DNA from: Candidatus Marinacidobacterales bacterium
Lineage (GTDB): Bacteria; Acidobacteriota; Vicinamibacteria; Marinacidobacterales; DATDRI01
Direction: 5' to 3'
Length of the DNA: 64,000 nucleotides
Assembly: GCA_965226495.1 (NCBI GenBank)
Contig: OZ245365.1
Span: forward strand, 2,752,001-2,816,000
The notes under the pieces are model-generated. The model ran no database searches. It saw only the letters and a program-made list of their open reading frames with translations, and was not told where the DNA came from. Each line of letters opens with the position of its first letter. The first letter of the stretch is position 1. A program made the position numbers and the translations under genes. This document shows positions 27,667 to 37,833 of this stretch, one piece after another.

Positions 27667-30315
27667 ATGCCCCTACAATCTGGAACCAAGCTTGGGCCAT
27701 ATGAGATTGTTGCGCCCATCGGCGCGGGTGGAATGGGTGAAGTCTACAAAGCCAAGGACACTCGCCTTGATCGCACCGTCGCCATCAAGGTTCTTCCTTC
27801 TCACCTTTCCGATAACGCCCGGCTCAAAGAACGCTTCGAGCGCGAGGCGCGGGCTGTCTCCAGCTTGAATCATCCTCACATCTGCACGCTCTACGACATC
27901 GGCAGCGAGAACGGCGTGGACTTCATGGTGATGGAGCACATCGAAGGCGAGACACTGGCTGACCGTTTGAAGAAAGGTGCATTGCCTCTCGACCAAGCGC
28001 TTCGCCATGCCATCGAGATCGCCGACGCTCTGGACAAGGCCCACCGGCAAGGTGTGGTGCATCGGGATCTGAAGCCCGGCAACATCATGCTCACCAAGTC
28101 GGGAGCGAAGCTATTGGACTTCGGGCTGGCGAAGATGGCCGGAACTGGCGCTGGCGCGAGTGACTCAGCTCTGCCGACCGAAGCGAAGTCGCTCACCGCG
28201 GAAGGCTCCATCCTGGGCACGTTTCAATACATGGCCCCCGAGCAACTCGAAGGGAAAGAAGCTGACGCTCGGACGGACATCTTCGCCTTTGGTGCCGTGC
28301 TGTACGAGATGGTGACAGGGCGAAAGGCGTTCGAGGGCAAGAGCCAGGCGAGCTTGATTAGCGCCATCATGAAAGACGAGCCGCAGCCGATTTCCCAACT
28401 TCAGTCCATGTCGCCTCCGGCTCTGGACCATGTCGTCAAGACGTGCCTCGCCAAAGAAGCGGACAAGCGCTGGCAGAGTGCTGGTGATCTGGAGCGTGAG
28501 TTGAACTGGATCGCCGAGGTCGGTTCAGAGTCGGGCATGTCCATGCCGGTGGGGGCAAGGCCGAGAAGCCGTGACCTCGCCTGGGGGCTGTCGCTGTTGC
28601 TCGCGGTGATCGTCACTGGCGTCGCGGTTTGGCAAGTGACGCGTCCCGCGGAAACGCCACGACCCGTCGTACGGTCTTCGCTTCCGTTGCCCTCGGGCGT
28701 CACGCTGACGGGTTGGGTTCGTCACGCCGTGGCTCTCTCTTCGGACGGCACCCGCCTCGTGTACAATGCCAACCAGCAGCTCTACTTCCGTGCCATGGAC
28801 CAAACGGAGGCGACTCCCATCCGGGGCACCGAGAATGCTCTAAGTCCCTTCTTCTCTCCCGACGGTGAGTGGGTAGGATTCTGGGCAGAGGGCCAGCTCA
28901 AGAAGGTCGCCATCAGCGGTGGCGCATCCGTGCGCCTATGTGACGCTGGAGGTATGGGGGGCGCGGGCGTTCCGCGCCCTCGGTGGGGAGCCGACGACAC
29001 CATTGTTTTCGGGCAACGTGGGGCTGGCATCATGCAGGTGTCCGCCGGTGGAGGCACGCCCGAGGTTCTCATCCCGCTGGACACAACGGAAGAGGTCGGC
29101 CATGGCCCGCAGGTCTTGCCGGGCGAAAAAGCCGTGCTCTTTACCCTCGAGGACGGTTCGAGATGGGACGACGCCCAGATCGTGGTGCATTCTCTCGAGA
29201 CCGGTGAGAGAAAGGTTCTGATCGAAAGCGGCAAAGACGCCCGCTACGTACCCACGGGGCACCTCGTCTACGTCTTGGATGGAACGCTTTTGGCCGTGCC
29301 GTTTGATGTGGACAAGCTCGAGGTGACGGGCGGTCCCATACCCATGGCCGAGGGCGTCATAACCGCTGGGCCTGCCGCACAGTTCAGCGTTTCGGACACC
29401 GGTGCCTTGGTCTATGTGACCGGCAGTGCTCTAGCGGTCCGCACGCTTGTCTGGGTGGATCGGGACGGAAGAGAAGAGGCACTGGCAGCCGAGCCGCGTG
29501 CCTATGTGTATCCACGTATCTCTCCGGATGGGGGCCGTCTCGCCGTCTTTCTGGCCGCCCCGGATGACGACATCTGGATTTGGGACTTCGCCCACGAGAC
29601 ACTGACCCCGCTCACGTTCGGCTCGGACCTCAACCCAGTTTGGACGCCGGACGGGAGACAGGTGGCGTTCGCCTCTCGCCGTGACGGAACAGCGAACCTT
29701 TACTTGAAAGCGGCCGACGGCACGGGCGCGGTCGAGCGACTGACCGAAAGCGAGAACCCGCAATTTCCATACGCCTTCACCCCGGACGGGAGGCAGTTGG
29801 TGTTTCTCGAAATAGATGAGCCAAACTTAGACCTCGTAGTGCTTTCCCTCGAGGGCTCTCCGGAGCCCCTTCTGGCGACTGAGTTCTCAGAACGGAACGG
29901 GGAGATCTCTCCCGACGGCCTGTGGCTGGCCTACGAGTCGAACGCCTCGGGCCAATACGAGATCTACGTGCGGCCGTTCCCGAACGTCGAGGATGGACAG
30001 TGGCTGATCTCGAGGGGCGGTGGTGCGCGGCCTCTGTGGGCTCCGGACGGCCGCGAGTTGTTCTATCTGACTCCCGGCAGAAGACTGATGGCGGTCGGTG
30101 TTCAGACCGAGCCTAGCTTCGCTCCCGGTGCCGCCGAGGAGGTCTTCGGGGGGTACTACGCGGGAGCCGCATTCGGACGCACCTACGACATCTCCCCCGA
30201 TGGCGAGCGCTTCCTGATGATCAAGGAAAGCGGGAGCGACGAGACTTCCTCGACGGAGTTCATCCTCGTCCTCAATTGGTTCGAGGAATTGAAGCGGCTC
30301 GTCCCAACCAACTAA
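27667..30315 (+). CDS. Ser/Thr protein kinase with TM and TolB-like beta-propeller
   Basis: IGAGGMGEVY, VAIK, HRDLKPGN, DFG, YMAPE; SPDG/WTPDG repeats. Confidence 0.95.
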   Translation: MPLQSGTKLGPYEIVAPIGAGGMGEVYKAKDTRLDRTVAIKVLPSHLSDNARLKERFEREARAVSSLNHPHICTLYDIGSENGVDFMVMEHIEGETLADRLKKGALPLDQALRHAIEIADALDKAHRQGVVHRDLKPGNIMLTKSGAKLLDFGLAKMAGTGAGASDSALPTEAKSLTAEGSILGTFQYMAPEQLEGKEADARTDIFAFGAVLYEMVTGRKAFEGKSQASLISAIMKDEPQPISQLQSMSPPALDHVVKTCLAKEADKRWQSAGDLERELNWIAEVGSESGMSMPVGARPRSRDLAWGLSLLLAVIVTGVAVWQVTRPAETPRPVVRSSLPLPSGVTLTGWVRHAVALSSDGTRLVYNANQQLYFRAMDQTEATPIRGTENALSPFFSPDGEWVGFWAEGQLKKVAISGGASVRLCDAGGMGGAGVPRPRWGADDTIVFGQRGAGIMQVSAGGGTPEVLIPLDTTEEVGHGPQVLPGEKAVLFTLEDGSRWDDAQIVVHSLETGERKVLIESGKDARYVPTGHLVYVLDGTLLAVPFDVDKLEVTGGPIPMAEGVITAGPAAQFSVSDTGALVYVTGSALAVRTLVWVDRDGREEALAAEPRAYVYPRISPDGGRLAVFLAAPDDDIWIWDFAHETLTPLTFGSDLNPVWTPDGRQVAFASRRDGTANLYLKAADGTGAVERLTESENPQFPYAFTPDGRQLVFLEIDEPNLDLVVLSLEGSPEPLLATEFSERNGEISPDGLWLAYESNASGQYEIYVRPFPNVEDGQWLISRGGGARPLWAPDGRELFYLTPGRRLMAVGVQTEPSFAPGAAEEVFGGYYAGAAFGRTYDISPDGERFLMIKESGSDETSSTEFILVLNWFEELKRLVPTN

Positions 30316-30430
30316 GGACACGAACCCACCGGTTGGACCACCGGCCTAACGCACCAAAGCGGAATCACTAGTCGGGTGTATGACAGTCGATTAGAGCGGC
30401 TTGTGCATTTCCTGTACGAGTAGTCGCCAG

Positions 30431-30506
30431 GGGAGCTCGCCCAGCGAGCGTAAGAATGCCGTGAGGGGTGCCTTGCGCCCCGAGGTGGGCAATGCGCCAG
30501 GACTCG
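30431..30506 (-). pseudogene. Relic of pheS 5' region
   Basis: Aligns to 25896-25970 with 13 mismatches and 1 extra base; reads ESWRIAHLG/RKAPLTAFLRSLGELP. Confidence 0.88.
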
Positions 30507-30821
30507 CGGCGACGGTCGGTACTGGCGTCTGGCGCGCTTGGTGATTGGCACCGTCCTCGATTGATAGCGGACGCTTCGGACAAAGCGCACCGTAAATGTC
30601 TCTCCGCGAAAAAAAACTACGTTTTCTCTTGACAAGATCCCACAGCAAGGTTTTGAAAGTTTCCTAATGTTTTCGTAGTACTATCTCTAAAGCGTACGTT
30701 GGCGCCCTAGTCAACACCAAGAACCTTCGAGACAAAAACTTCATCGAAGCACATTCCTCCCGACTCGCGTCATCTCAAGGCCCAAAAAAGTGCGTTGTTA
30801 TATTAGTCGTGAGGAGGACTA

Positions 30822-31910
30822 GTGATGTTTAACAAGTTATTGAAATCGATTTCGGATGATGAGCTACTTCGCCGCTTGTCTGGGCTGGTAGAAAAATCGC
30901 GACGCGTCGAATCCGAGCTGGTCGCGCATGTTGCCGAAGTGGACGAGCGGCGTCTCTATGCACGGGAAGCTTGCTCCTCCATGTTTACTTATTGCACCGA
31001 GGTGTTACACATGTCGGAGGCCGAAGCGTATCTCCGGATTCGAGTCGCGCGCGCTTCGCGAAAACATCCCGAGCTTCTGAGGATGCTTCAAGACGGGCGT
31101 ATTCATTTGACCGGTGCGGCCAAGCTTTCGCCACACCTCACCGAGGCGAATCGGGACGCGGTTTTGCCGCGCGCGGCGCACAAGTCCAAGGCAAAGATCG
31201 AGGAGCTGGTGGCCGAGGTCGCGCCGAAGCCTGATGTTGCGCCCAAGATACGCAAGCTTCCCGCCCCCGCCCAACTGCGTCCGGACACAGTTGTGTTACC
31301 AAAGGCCACAGTGCCAAGGCCAGTAGAACCTCTGGCCCCTGAGCGTTACAAAGTCCAGTTCACGGCCAGCGCGGAGCTCAAAGACAAGATCGAGCGTCTG
31401 CGCGCACTCATGCCCGACAGAGATCTAGCTGTCATCATTGACGAAGCGGTGACGGAGAAGCTGGGGAGGTTAGAGTCGAGGCGCTACGGTAAGACGCGGG
31501 CGCCGAGACGGGATCTCAAAGACACCGACACATCGCCGTCGTCACGCTACATCCCCGCCCCGGTGAGGCGTGCCGTGAGCGAGCGGGACGGAAATCAATG
31601 CACTTTTGTGGACGGGCACGGTAGGCGTTGTCGGGAGCGCTCCCAACTGCAGTTTCACCATAAAGACCCCTTCGCCCGAGGGGGGGACCACAGCGTCGTC
31701 AACATCCAAATGATGTGTCCCATGCACAACCAGTACTTAGCGGAGTGCGACTACGGGAAGGGGGTGATGGACCGATACCGCCGCTCAGGCAGCCTCGCAC
31801 ACGAGCCAGGACCCGTCTACTCGTACTCTGGAGGCTCTGCTAATTCCGGCCGCTCGATTCCTTATCAACCATTATCCTCATCGCACGACATGATCTGGCG
31901 AAGCATGTGA
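30822..31910 (+). CDS. HNH endonuclease with helical (DUF222-like) N-terminus
   Basis: GAGGAGG RBS; SRYIPAPVRRAV.ERDG.QC...C...FHH..PFARGG...N...C..HN. Confidence 0.9.
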   Translation: MMFNKLLKSISDDELLRRLSGLVEKSRRVESELVAHVAEVDERRLYAREACSSMFTYCTEVLHMSEAEAYLRIRVARASRKHPELLRMLQDGRIHLTGAAKLSPHLTEANRDAVLPRAAHKSKAKIEELVAEVAPKPDVAPKIRKLPAPAQLRPDTVVLPKATVPRPVEPLAPERYKVQFTASAELKDKIERLRALMPDRDLAVIIDEAVTEKLGRLESRRYGKTRAPRRDLKDTDTSPSSRYIPAPVRRAVSERDGNQCTFVDGHGRRCRERSQLQFHHKDPFARGGDHSVVNIQMMCPMHNQYLAECDYGKGVMDRYRRSGSLAHEPGPVYSYSGGSANSGRSIPYQPLSSSHDMIWRSM

Positions 31911-32060
31911 GCCCGGCAATGTTTCTGAATGGCGGGGCCAGCGGCCAATTTGCTAGTCGTCGAGACCCCCGTTGCTGGAACCGTGAGCTGGTGCATTGCG
32001 ACGGCGGACTAGTCCCTGTACGATCGTGGCCAGATCTGCAGCAAGTAAGGAGCCAATCAA

Positions 32061-33077
32061 ATGCAGCTAGGAATGATCGGTCTTGGGAGGATGGGCGCCG
32101 GAATGGTCCGGCGCCTTATGAAGGATGGCCACGACTGCGTCGTCTATGACATCCACCCGGAAGCGGTGAAACAACTGGCCGCCGACGGCGCGAAGGGCGC
32201 GCTTTCGATGGAGGAGTTCGTCCAAAAGCTCGACAAGCCTCGTGCCGCTTGGATGATGGTACCGGCAGCGGTGGTGGACCAAACGATCGAATCCCTGGTT
32301 CCACATTTGGAAAAGGACGACATCGTTATCGATGGTGGGAATTCCTACTACCACGACGATATTCGCAGAGCCGCAGCGCTCAAGACAAAAGCCCTTCATT
32401 ACGTCGACGTCGGAACCAGTGGCGGGGTCTGGGGTTTCGAGCGTGGCTTTTGCCAGATGATCGGCGGTGAAAAGGACGTTGTCGAACACCTCGACCCGAT
32501 ATTCGCTTCCCTCTCACCTCCCATCGAGGCGGCACCACGGACCCCCGGTCGTCAAAAATTGGGCGGAACCGCCGAGCACGGCTATTTGCACTGTGGCCCC
32601 AGTGGAGCCGGCCACTTCGTCAAGATGGTTCACAACGGCATCGAGTACGGCGTCATGGCCGCGTACGCCGAAGGATTCAACATCCTCAAGAACGCCAACA
32701 TCGGGAAGGAGGAAAGAACCGTGGATGCCGAAACCACGCCGCTCCGGCACCCGGAACACTACCAGTACGATCTCAACCTGACCGACATCTCCGAGCTGTG
32801 GCGTCGTGGAAGTGTGATCACGTCCTGGCTGCTGGATCTCACCGCGAACGCGCTACTCGAAAACCCCGACCTGTCGAACTTCGCAGGCCGGGTCTCGGAT
32901 TCAGGCGAGGGGCGTTGGACGATCCAGGCCGCCGTCGATGAGGCGGTCCCCGCCCATGTCCTCACGGCATCGCTCTACGAGCGCTTCGGCTCGCGCGGAA
33001 AGGACGACTTCGCGAACAAAGTGCTTTCTGCCATGCGCTATGGGTTCGGTGGTCACCACGAGAAGAAAGCGGACTAG
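32061..33077 (+). CDS. gnd: Decarboxylating 6-phosphogluconate dehydrogenase (short type)
   Basis: [42 protein letters not shown]. Confidence 0.96.
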   Translation: MQLGMIGLGRMGAGMVRRLMKDGHDCVVYDIHPEAVKQLAADGAKGALSMEEFVQKLDKPRAAWMMVPAAVVDQTIESLVPHLEKDDIVIDGGNSYYHDDIRRAAALKTKALHYVDVGTSGGVWGFERGFCQMIGGEKDVVEHLDPIFASLSPPIEAAPRTPGRQKLGGTAEHGYLHCGPSGAGHFVKMVHNGIEYGVMAAYAEGFNILKNANIGKEERTVDAETTPLRHPEHYQYDLNLTDISELWRRGSVITSWLLDLTANALLENPDLSNFAGRVSDSGEGRWTIQAAVDEAVPAHVLTASLYERFGSRGKDDFANKVLSAMRYGFGGHHEKKAD

Positions 33078-33130
33078 TGGACTGTAACAATGAAATCGAT
33101 ACGGGACTTCATCGCTGCAATCCACGACCA

Positions 33131-33249
33131 CCCTCACCCCGGCCCTCTCCCTGACGGAGAGGGAGTAACGGAAGGAAGCCATCTTTCAATACACCCTCAC
33201 CCGCCCGCCTTCGGCGGACGACCTCTCCCCCGTAATCGGAGGAGAGGTA
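33131..33249. repeat. REP-like palindromic cluster
   Basis: CCCTCACCCCGGCCCTCTCC-CTGAC-GGAGAGGG and a second CCCTCACCC..CCTCTCC..GGAGAGG unit. Confidence 0.75.
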
Positions 33250-33296
33250 AAAGAGGTAGTACCAACTTCGTTGATACAGCCTACTAATCGGTTGCG

Positions 33297-33986
33297 ATGG
33301 TGATCGAGATCCTCCAGGATGCCGACGCAGTCGCGAAACGGGCCGCAAGCCTCATTGCCGCCGCGGCCCGTCAATGCGTTGGCGAGCGAGACCGTTTCGT
33401 TTTCGCGGTCAGCGGGGGGCGGACACCGTGGAAGATGCTCCGGGCACTCGCCGGCGAAGACGTTCCTTGGGAGCACGTCCGTGTCGTACAAGTTGATGAA
33501 CGCGTCGCACCGGAGGGACACTCCGATCGCAATCTGACCCATTTGCGGGAGAGTCTTCTCCCCCACGCTCCCCTATTGCCGGATCACATCTACCCCATGC
33601 CGGTTGGCGAAGCCGACTTGACCACGGCGGCCTCTAGCTACGCCCAGGTTCTCGCAGACCTGGCCGGTTCACCCCCGGTGGTGGACTTGATCCATCTCGG
33701 TCTCGGACCCGATGGTCACACGGCCTCCTTGGTACCTGGAGACCCGGCACTCGAGGTTCATGACCGAGAGGTTGCGGTGACGGAGGTTTACCAAGGCCGG
33801 CGGCGCATGACGCTCACTTACCCGGCGCTCAACCGAGCTCGACAATTGCTTTGGCTCGTGACCGGAGCGAACAAAGCGGACATGCTTCCTCGCTTGCGCG
33901 ATGGTGACGAAGGGATTCCGGCCGGTCACGTGGCGAGCAAGAACGCGATGGTGGTCGCCGATCGATCGGCAGCCGACCGGCTCTAG
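33297..33986 (+). CDS. pgl: 6-phosphogluconolactonase
   Basis: SGGRTP, VDERV, LGLGPDGHTASL, RMTLT. Confidence 0.94.
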   Translation: MVIEILQDADAVAKRAASLIAAAARQCVGERDRFVFAVSGGRTPWKMLRALAGEDVPWEHVRVVQVDERVAPEGHSDRNLTHLRESLLPHAPLLPDHIYPMPVGEADLTTAASSYAQVLADLAGSPPVVDLIHLGLGPDGHTASLVPGDPALEVHDREVAVTEVYQGRRRMTLTYPALNRARQLLWLVTGANKADMLPRLRDGDEGIPAGHVASKNAMVVADRSAADRL

Positions 33987-33996
33987 GACGCGAACA

Positions 33997-34028
33997 AAGA
34001 GCGGGTGACCCCTCGGCCACCCGCTCTT
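33997..34028. terminator. Terminator hairpin between convergent genes
   Basis: AAGAGCGGGTG-N10-CACCCGCTCTT. Confidence 0.7.
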
Positions 34029-34044
34029 AAGACGTCGTCCTAGT

Positions 34045-34647
34045 CTAGTTTAAACTGATAGAAGCTGGACAAGGAGAACCTGCGGCGAGACTAGAAGTAA
34101 TGCAGGGTGCCGGCTTCTTGTCGGGAGGGTCGGCCGGCGGAGGAGCGACCGTGATGTGTCGCACCCGCGCACAGTGAGTCCCGTCCCCTGCGACGATGAG
34201 CTCGGCTCTAATCGTGCGTGCGGTCTCCCCGGTCAAGTTCTTGTACTTGTGCTCCGCCAAGAGCTCGACGTTGATCGTCCCATCCTCGTTCTCGGTGACG
34301 TCGAGATCGTCCAAATCGTAATCCTCTCCGCTACCGTCTCCGTAGTTCCACCAAACCCGAAGGATCGTCGCATCGGCTGGAGCGCCGACCAGCTTGATCC
34401 ACGCCTTGACCACGTTGTCCTCAATCGACCCCGGGTGGCTCGTTCGGAAATGGAACTCCAAGATTCCGGGACAGTCCGTTTCCTCGGTGGCCACCGGCGC
34501 TATCGGCGCGCTCAACCCATCGCCGGCGGCGGTCGAGTTAAGCGTGCTCGCTCCCGTGGGCAGGTTGCTCTCAACGTTGCATCCCGCAACCGCGAGCCCG
34601 GCACCTACGAACAAAGTCAATATGAGACCTACATGCTTGAGCTTCAT
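34045..34647 (-). CDS. Hypothetical lipoprotein
   Basis: AAGGAGG RBS, MKLKH..., lipobox VAGC, PKD-like WNYGDG. Confidence 0.75.
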   Translation of the reverse strand: MKLKHVGLILTLFVGAGLAVAGCNVESNLPTGASTLNSTAAGDGLSAPIAPVATEETDCPGILEFHFRTSHPGSIEDNVVKAWIKLVGAPADATILRVWWNYGDGSGEDYDLDDLDVTENEDGTINVELLAEHKYKNLTGETARTIRAELIVAGDGTHCARVRHITVAPPPADPPDKKPAPCITSSLAAGSPCPASISLN

Positions 34648-34725
34648 GCTCCTCCTTCGCAGTGAAGTTTCTGGAATGTTGCTCGGGCTGGGCAGAAGAT
34701 CGCCGGCCGGAGTCAGACTCATGGG

Positions 34726-34741
34726 TGCAAGAAGTGGACCA
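34726..34741 (-). promoter_or_regulatory. Possible sigma54 promoter
   Basis: TGGTCC-ACTTC-TTGCA (GG-N10-GC) ~80 nt upstream of the lipoprotein start. Confidence 0.35.
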
Positions 34742-34885
34742 CTAACGCAGTTAGTCGCGGCCGGGAGCCTACCTAGACAAGCCGGCCTGCAGTCAAGACT
34801 TAGGGGTGCAGGAGAGAAAAACGTGGGGTTCGGTGATGGCGTTTGTGTGGGGAGATTCCTCCAGTCGATTCCCCCCTTCCCACAG

Positions 34886-36232
34886 TCACCGCGAAACGGC
34901 AGTCAGGTGCCCGCGCGTACGGAAGAAGAGAACCCCTTCGGAGATGGCCGGTGTCGCCATGGCAGTCTCCCCCATCGAGTTCATCGCCAGAACGTCGAAG
35001 TCCGGGGCCGCTTTCAGGACGTAAACGTCGCCGTCCTCACTGGTGAAGTAGAGCTTGCCGTCCGCGAACACGGGTGAGGCGCTGAACCCTCCTCCTTTGC
35101 CCAGTCGCTTGCGTTCTACGATCTCACCCGTCTTCGTCTGGTAGACGGTCATGACACCGCCATCCTGGCAGGTGATGAGGTATTCCTGATGGACAAGCAC
35201 CGTTTGCATGTAGTTGCCGCGATTTCGACGACTCCAAGCAATATAGCGATTCGAGCTCTCCCCCTCCGCCAGTGAAATATCACCTGCGGCGTCGGTCTTT
35301 ATCGCGTAGATGGGGGCGGCGGGTCCGTGCGCGTTGGTGATGAAGATGAGCCCGTCCGACACGACAGGTGTCGGCACCGGAATGTCGCCCCCGCCGGCCA
35401 TTCTCCAGAGCTCTTCGCCGGTAGCCAGATCGTAGGCTCCAATGTGCTTGTACCCGTTCACGATCACTTGTTGGCGTCCATCCTCCTCATGTACGGTCGG
35501 GGTGCTCCAGGTTGGTACGTCCTCGCGAGGCGTGCGCCAAACCTCTTCGCCGTCTCGGATCCGGAAGGCGGCGATGAAGGAATTCTCCCGAACGTCACAC
35601 TGCACGATGACCAGATCGCCATGAATTACCGGAGAGCTGGCAAAACCCCATTGCGCCTCGGGAACCAGGAAGAAGTTGGAGTCGAGAACGCCCAGATCCT
35701 TCTTCCAAACGAGGTTTCCTTCGAAGTCGTAGCAGTAGAGCCCCTCCGAGCCGAAAAAGGCGATGACATGTTTGCCGTCGGTTGCCGGCGTCGAATTAGC
35801 GTGCGTCGACTTCGGATGTCGTTTCGTCCGCGGCACACCACGGTGAGAGGTTCGCTCCCAGAGAATCTCGCCGGTGGTCTTGTCGATACTGTAAATCTTC
35901 CAACTATGGACTCCCTCGTCCTCGACGGGAGTGATGTCTCCGTAGAGACCAACCTTCAGCTCCGCCTCGTCCTTATCCCGCACCGCGGTGGTGACGAAGA
36001 GTCGATCCCCCCAAACGACCGGGCTCGAATGGCCAAGACCGGGGATGACGGTTTTCCATTTGATATTGGTTCCGCGCTCGACATCCCATTCGGTTGCGGT
36101 CGCGTACCCTTCGGCGATACCGCGCGCCTCGGCTCCTCTGAAAGAAGGCCAATGGATGTCGCGCTGTGACTGCCCACTGGGTTCGATTGGGGCGATGAGA
36201 AGACCGAAAGCGACTATTGCATGCCGGATCAT
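34886..36232 (-). CDS. PQQ-like beta-propeller repeat protein
   Basis: WPSFRG, GHSSPVVWG, ANSTPATDG, WSTP, ASPV repeats. Confidence 0.9.
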   Translation of the reverse strand: MIRHAIVAFGLLIAPIEPSGQSQRDIHWPSFRGAEARGIAEGYATATEWDVERGTNIKWKTVIPGLGHSSPVVWGDRLFVTTAVRDKDEAELKVGLYGDITPVEDEGVHSWKIYSIDKTTGEILWERTSHRGVPRTKRHPKSTHANSTPATDGKHVIAFFGSEGLYCYDFEGNLVWKKDLGVLDSNFFLVPEAQWGFASSPVIHGDLVIVQCDVRENSFIAAFRIRDGEEVWRTPREDVPTWSTPTVHEEDGRQQVIVNGYKHIGAYDLATGEELWRMAGGGDIPVPTPVVSDGLIFITNAHGPAAPIYAIKTDAAGDISLAEGESSNRYIAWSRRNRGNYMQTVLVHQEYLITCQDGGVMTVYQTKTGEIVERKRLGKGGGFSASPVFADGKLYFTSEDGDVYVLKAAPDFDVLAMNSMGETAMATPAISEGVLFFRTRGHLTAVSR

Positions 36233-36304
36233 CGAGAGCCTCCGCGCGAAACATTACGTCCGAGACCCGCGTTTTGCAAACTGACGGCTATAATGGAGTC
36301 CGCC

Positions 36305-36817
36305 ATGAAGTGGTTCGATCGCAAGTTCGCATTTCAAGCACCGGTGGAGCTGTACCCTCAGTTCGTCATCCGGCTGCGGGGCACCGCCGCTCGTCTGGAC
36401 GAGCTGACACGCTATCTCTCCCAACCCGCCCTAGCGGGGAAGCCCGAGGGCAAGTGGTCGGCCCAGGAAAACGTCGGGCATTTGCTGGATCTGGAGGAGC
36501 TCTGGAGCGCGCGCCTAACGGATTTCCTCGAAGGAAAGGATGTTTTGACCCCGGCGGATCTAGAGAACCGCAAGACCCACGAGGCGCGCCACAACGACAC
36601 GCCGCCCGGCATACTCTTGAAGGAATTCCGGAAGGCACGGGACGGTTTCCTCGAACGGATCGACGCGCTCGCGCCCGACGATTTCGCGAAGACTTCTCGC
36701 CACCCACGACTCGACACACCCATGCGACTCATCGACATGCTGGAGTTTATTGCCGAACACGACGATCACCACCTGGCGAGAATCTGGGAGCTCTGCCGCG
36801 AAGCCCACGCCCGCTAG
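36305..36817 (+). CDS. DinB/YfiT family protein
   Basis: WSAQENVGHLLD...EHDDHH. Confidence 0.88.
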   Translation: MKWFDRKFAFQAPVELYPQFVIRLRGTAARLDELTRYLSQPALAGKPEGKWSAQENVGHLLDLEELWSARLTDFLEGKDVLTPADLENRKTHEARHNDTPPGILLKEFRKARDGFLERIDALAPDDFAKTSRHPRLDTPMRLIDMLEFIAEHDDHHLARIWELCREAHAR

Positions 36818-36906
36818 TGGAATTCTCCATCCTCCCGAGCGCTCATCTGCGTTGAGCGCGAACGGGTTTACACTCGATCTCACGCTGTGACATCATCGTC
36901 GACTCT

Positions 36907-37833
36907 ATGGCGGCCGCCCCCCCTATCCAAGTACGTGGACTCGTAAAGAGCTACGGCAGCTTTCAAGCCGTACGCGGCATCGATTTCGACGTGCATGCAG
37001 GTGAGGTTTTCGCGCTTCTTGGTCCGAACGGAGCCGGGAAGACGACGACGGTCGAAGTCCTGGAGGGGCTCCGCTCCCGAAACGGAGGCGATGTTACGGT
37101 CCTAGGCTTCGACCCAGGTGAGCAGAGCAAGCCTCTCAAAGACCGCATCGGTGTCTGTCTGCAAGCTACCAACCTTCCCGACAGAATCAAAGTACGGGAA
37201 GCCCTCGAGCTATTTTCCGATCTCTACTCGCACCACCAGGATAGTAAGACCCTCCTCCAACGCCTCGAGCTACAGGACAAACGCAACAATTTCTACTCCG
37301 AGCTTTCGGGTGGACAAAAGCAACGTCTAGCCCTCGCCCTGGCCCTCATCAACGACCCCCAGGTTCTTTTCCTCGACGAGCCCACCGCCGGCTTGGATCC
37401 TCAGGCACGGCTCGAGATTCATGCGCTTATCCAGGACCTTCGCAGTGATAACCGAACCATTCTGCTCACCACGCATTACATCGAGGAAGCCGAAAAACTC
37501 TGCGATCGGGTCGCGATCATCGACGAGGGGCGCATCATCGCTATGGGGACACCCAAGGAGATCCGAAGTCAAACCATGGGGCACTCCTACATCGAGATCC
37601 ATAGCGCACGCGATCTGCCGGAGAACCTACCGAGTTTCGACTCGGCGGAGAAGATCAGTGTGGGCACCGACAGACGCAGTCTCACCGTTCACTCCACGCA
37701 GCCGGCGCGAGCCTTGGTGGAGCTCGTTAAATGGCTGGAGCAGCACGATGTGGAGCTCTCCGACGTCCATCTCAAGCAACCGACTTTGGAAGACGTCTTC
37801 ATCGAGATGACCGGCAGGAGACTTAGAGATTGA
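36907..37833 (+). CDS. ABC exporter ATP-binding subunit
   Basis: GPNGAGKTT, LSGGQ, FLDEPT, TTHY. Confidence 0.96.
   Translation: MAAAPPIQVRGLVKSYGSFQAVRGIDFDVHAGEVFALLGPNGAGKTTTVEVLEGLRSRNGGDVTVLGFDPGEQSKPLKDRIGVCLQATNLPDRIKVREALELFSDLYSHHQDSKTLLQRLELQDKRNNFYSELSGGQKQRLALALALINDPQVLFLDEPTAGLDPQARLEIHALIQDLRSDNRTILLTTHYIEEAEKLCDRVAIIDEGRIIAMGTPKEIRSQTMGHSYIEIHSARDLPENLPSFDSAEKISVGTDRRSLTVHSTQPARALVELVKWLEQHDVELSDVHLKQPTLEDVFIEMTGRRLRD

Noticed and set aside
30392-30400. TAGAGCGGC at two rearrangement junctions (30392 and 57957)
   Set aside because: 9-bp match with no partner inverted repeat; could be chance
26457-31910. HNH proteins as IscB/Cas9-like RNA-guided nucleases
   Set aside because: No PLMP or RuvC motifs recognised and no CRISPR array seen
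33090-33287. 65-aa ORF with PHPGPLP
   Set aside because: Translation of REP-like palindromes
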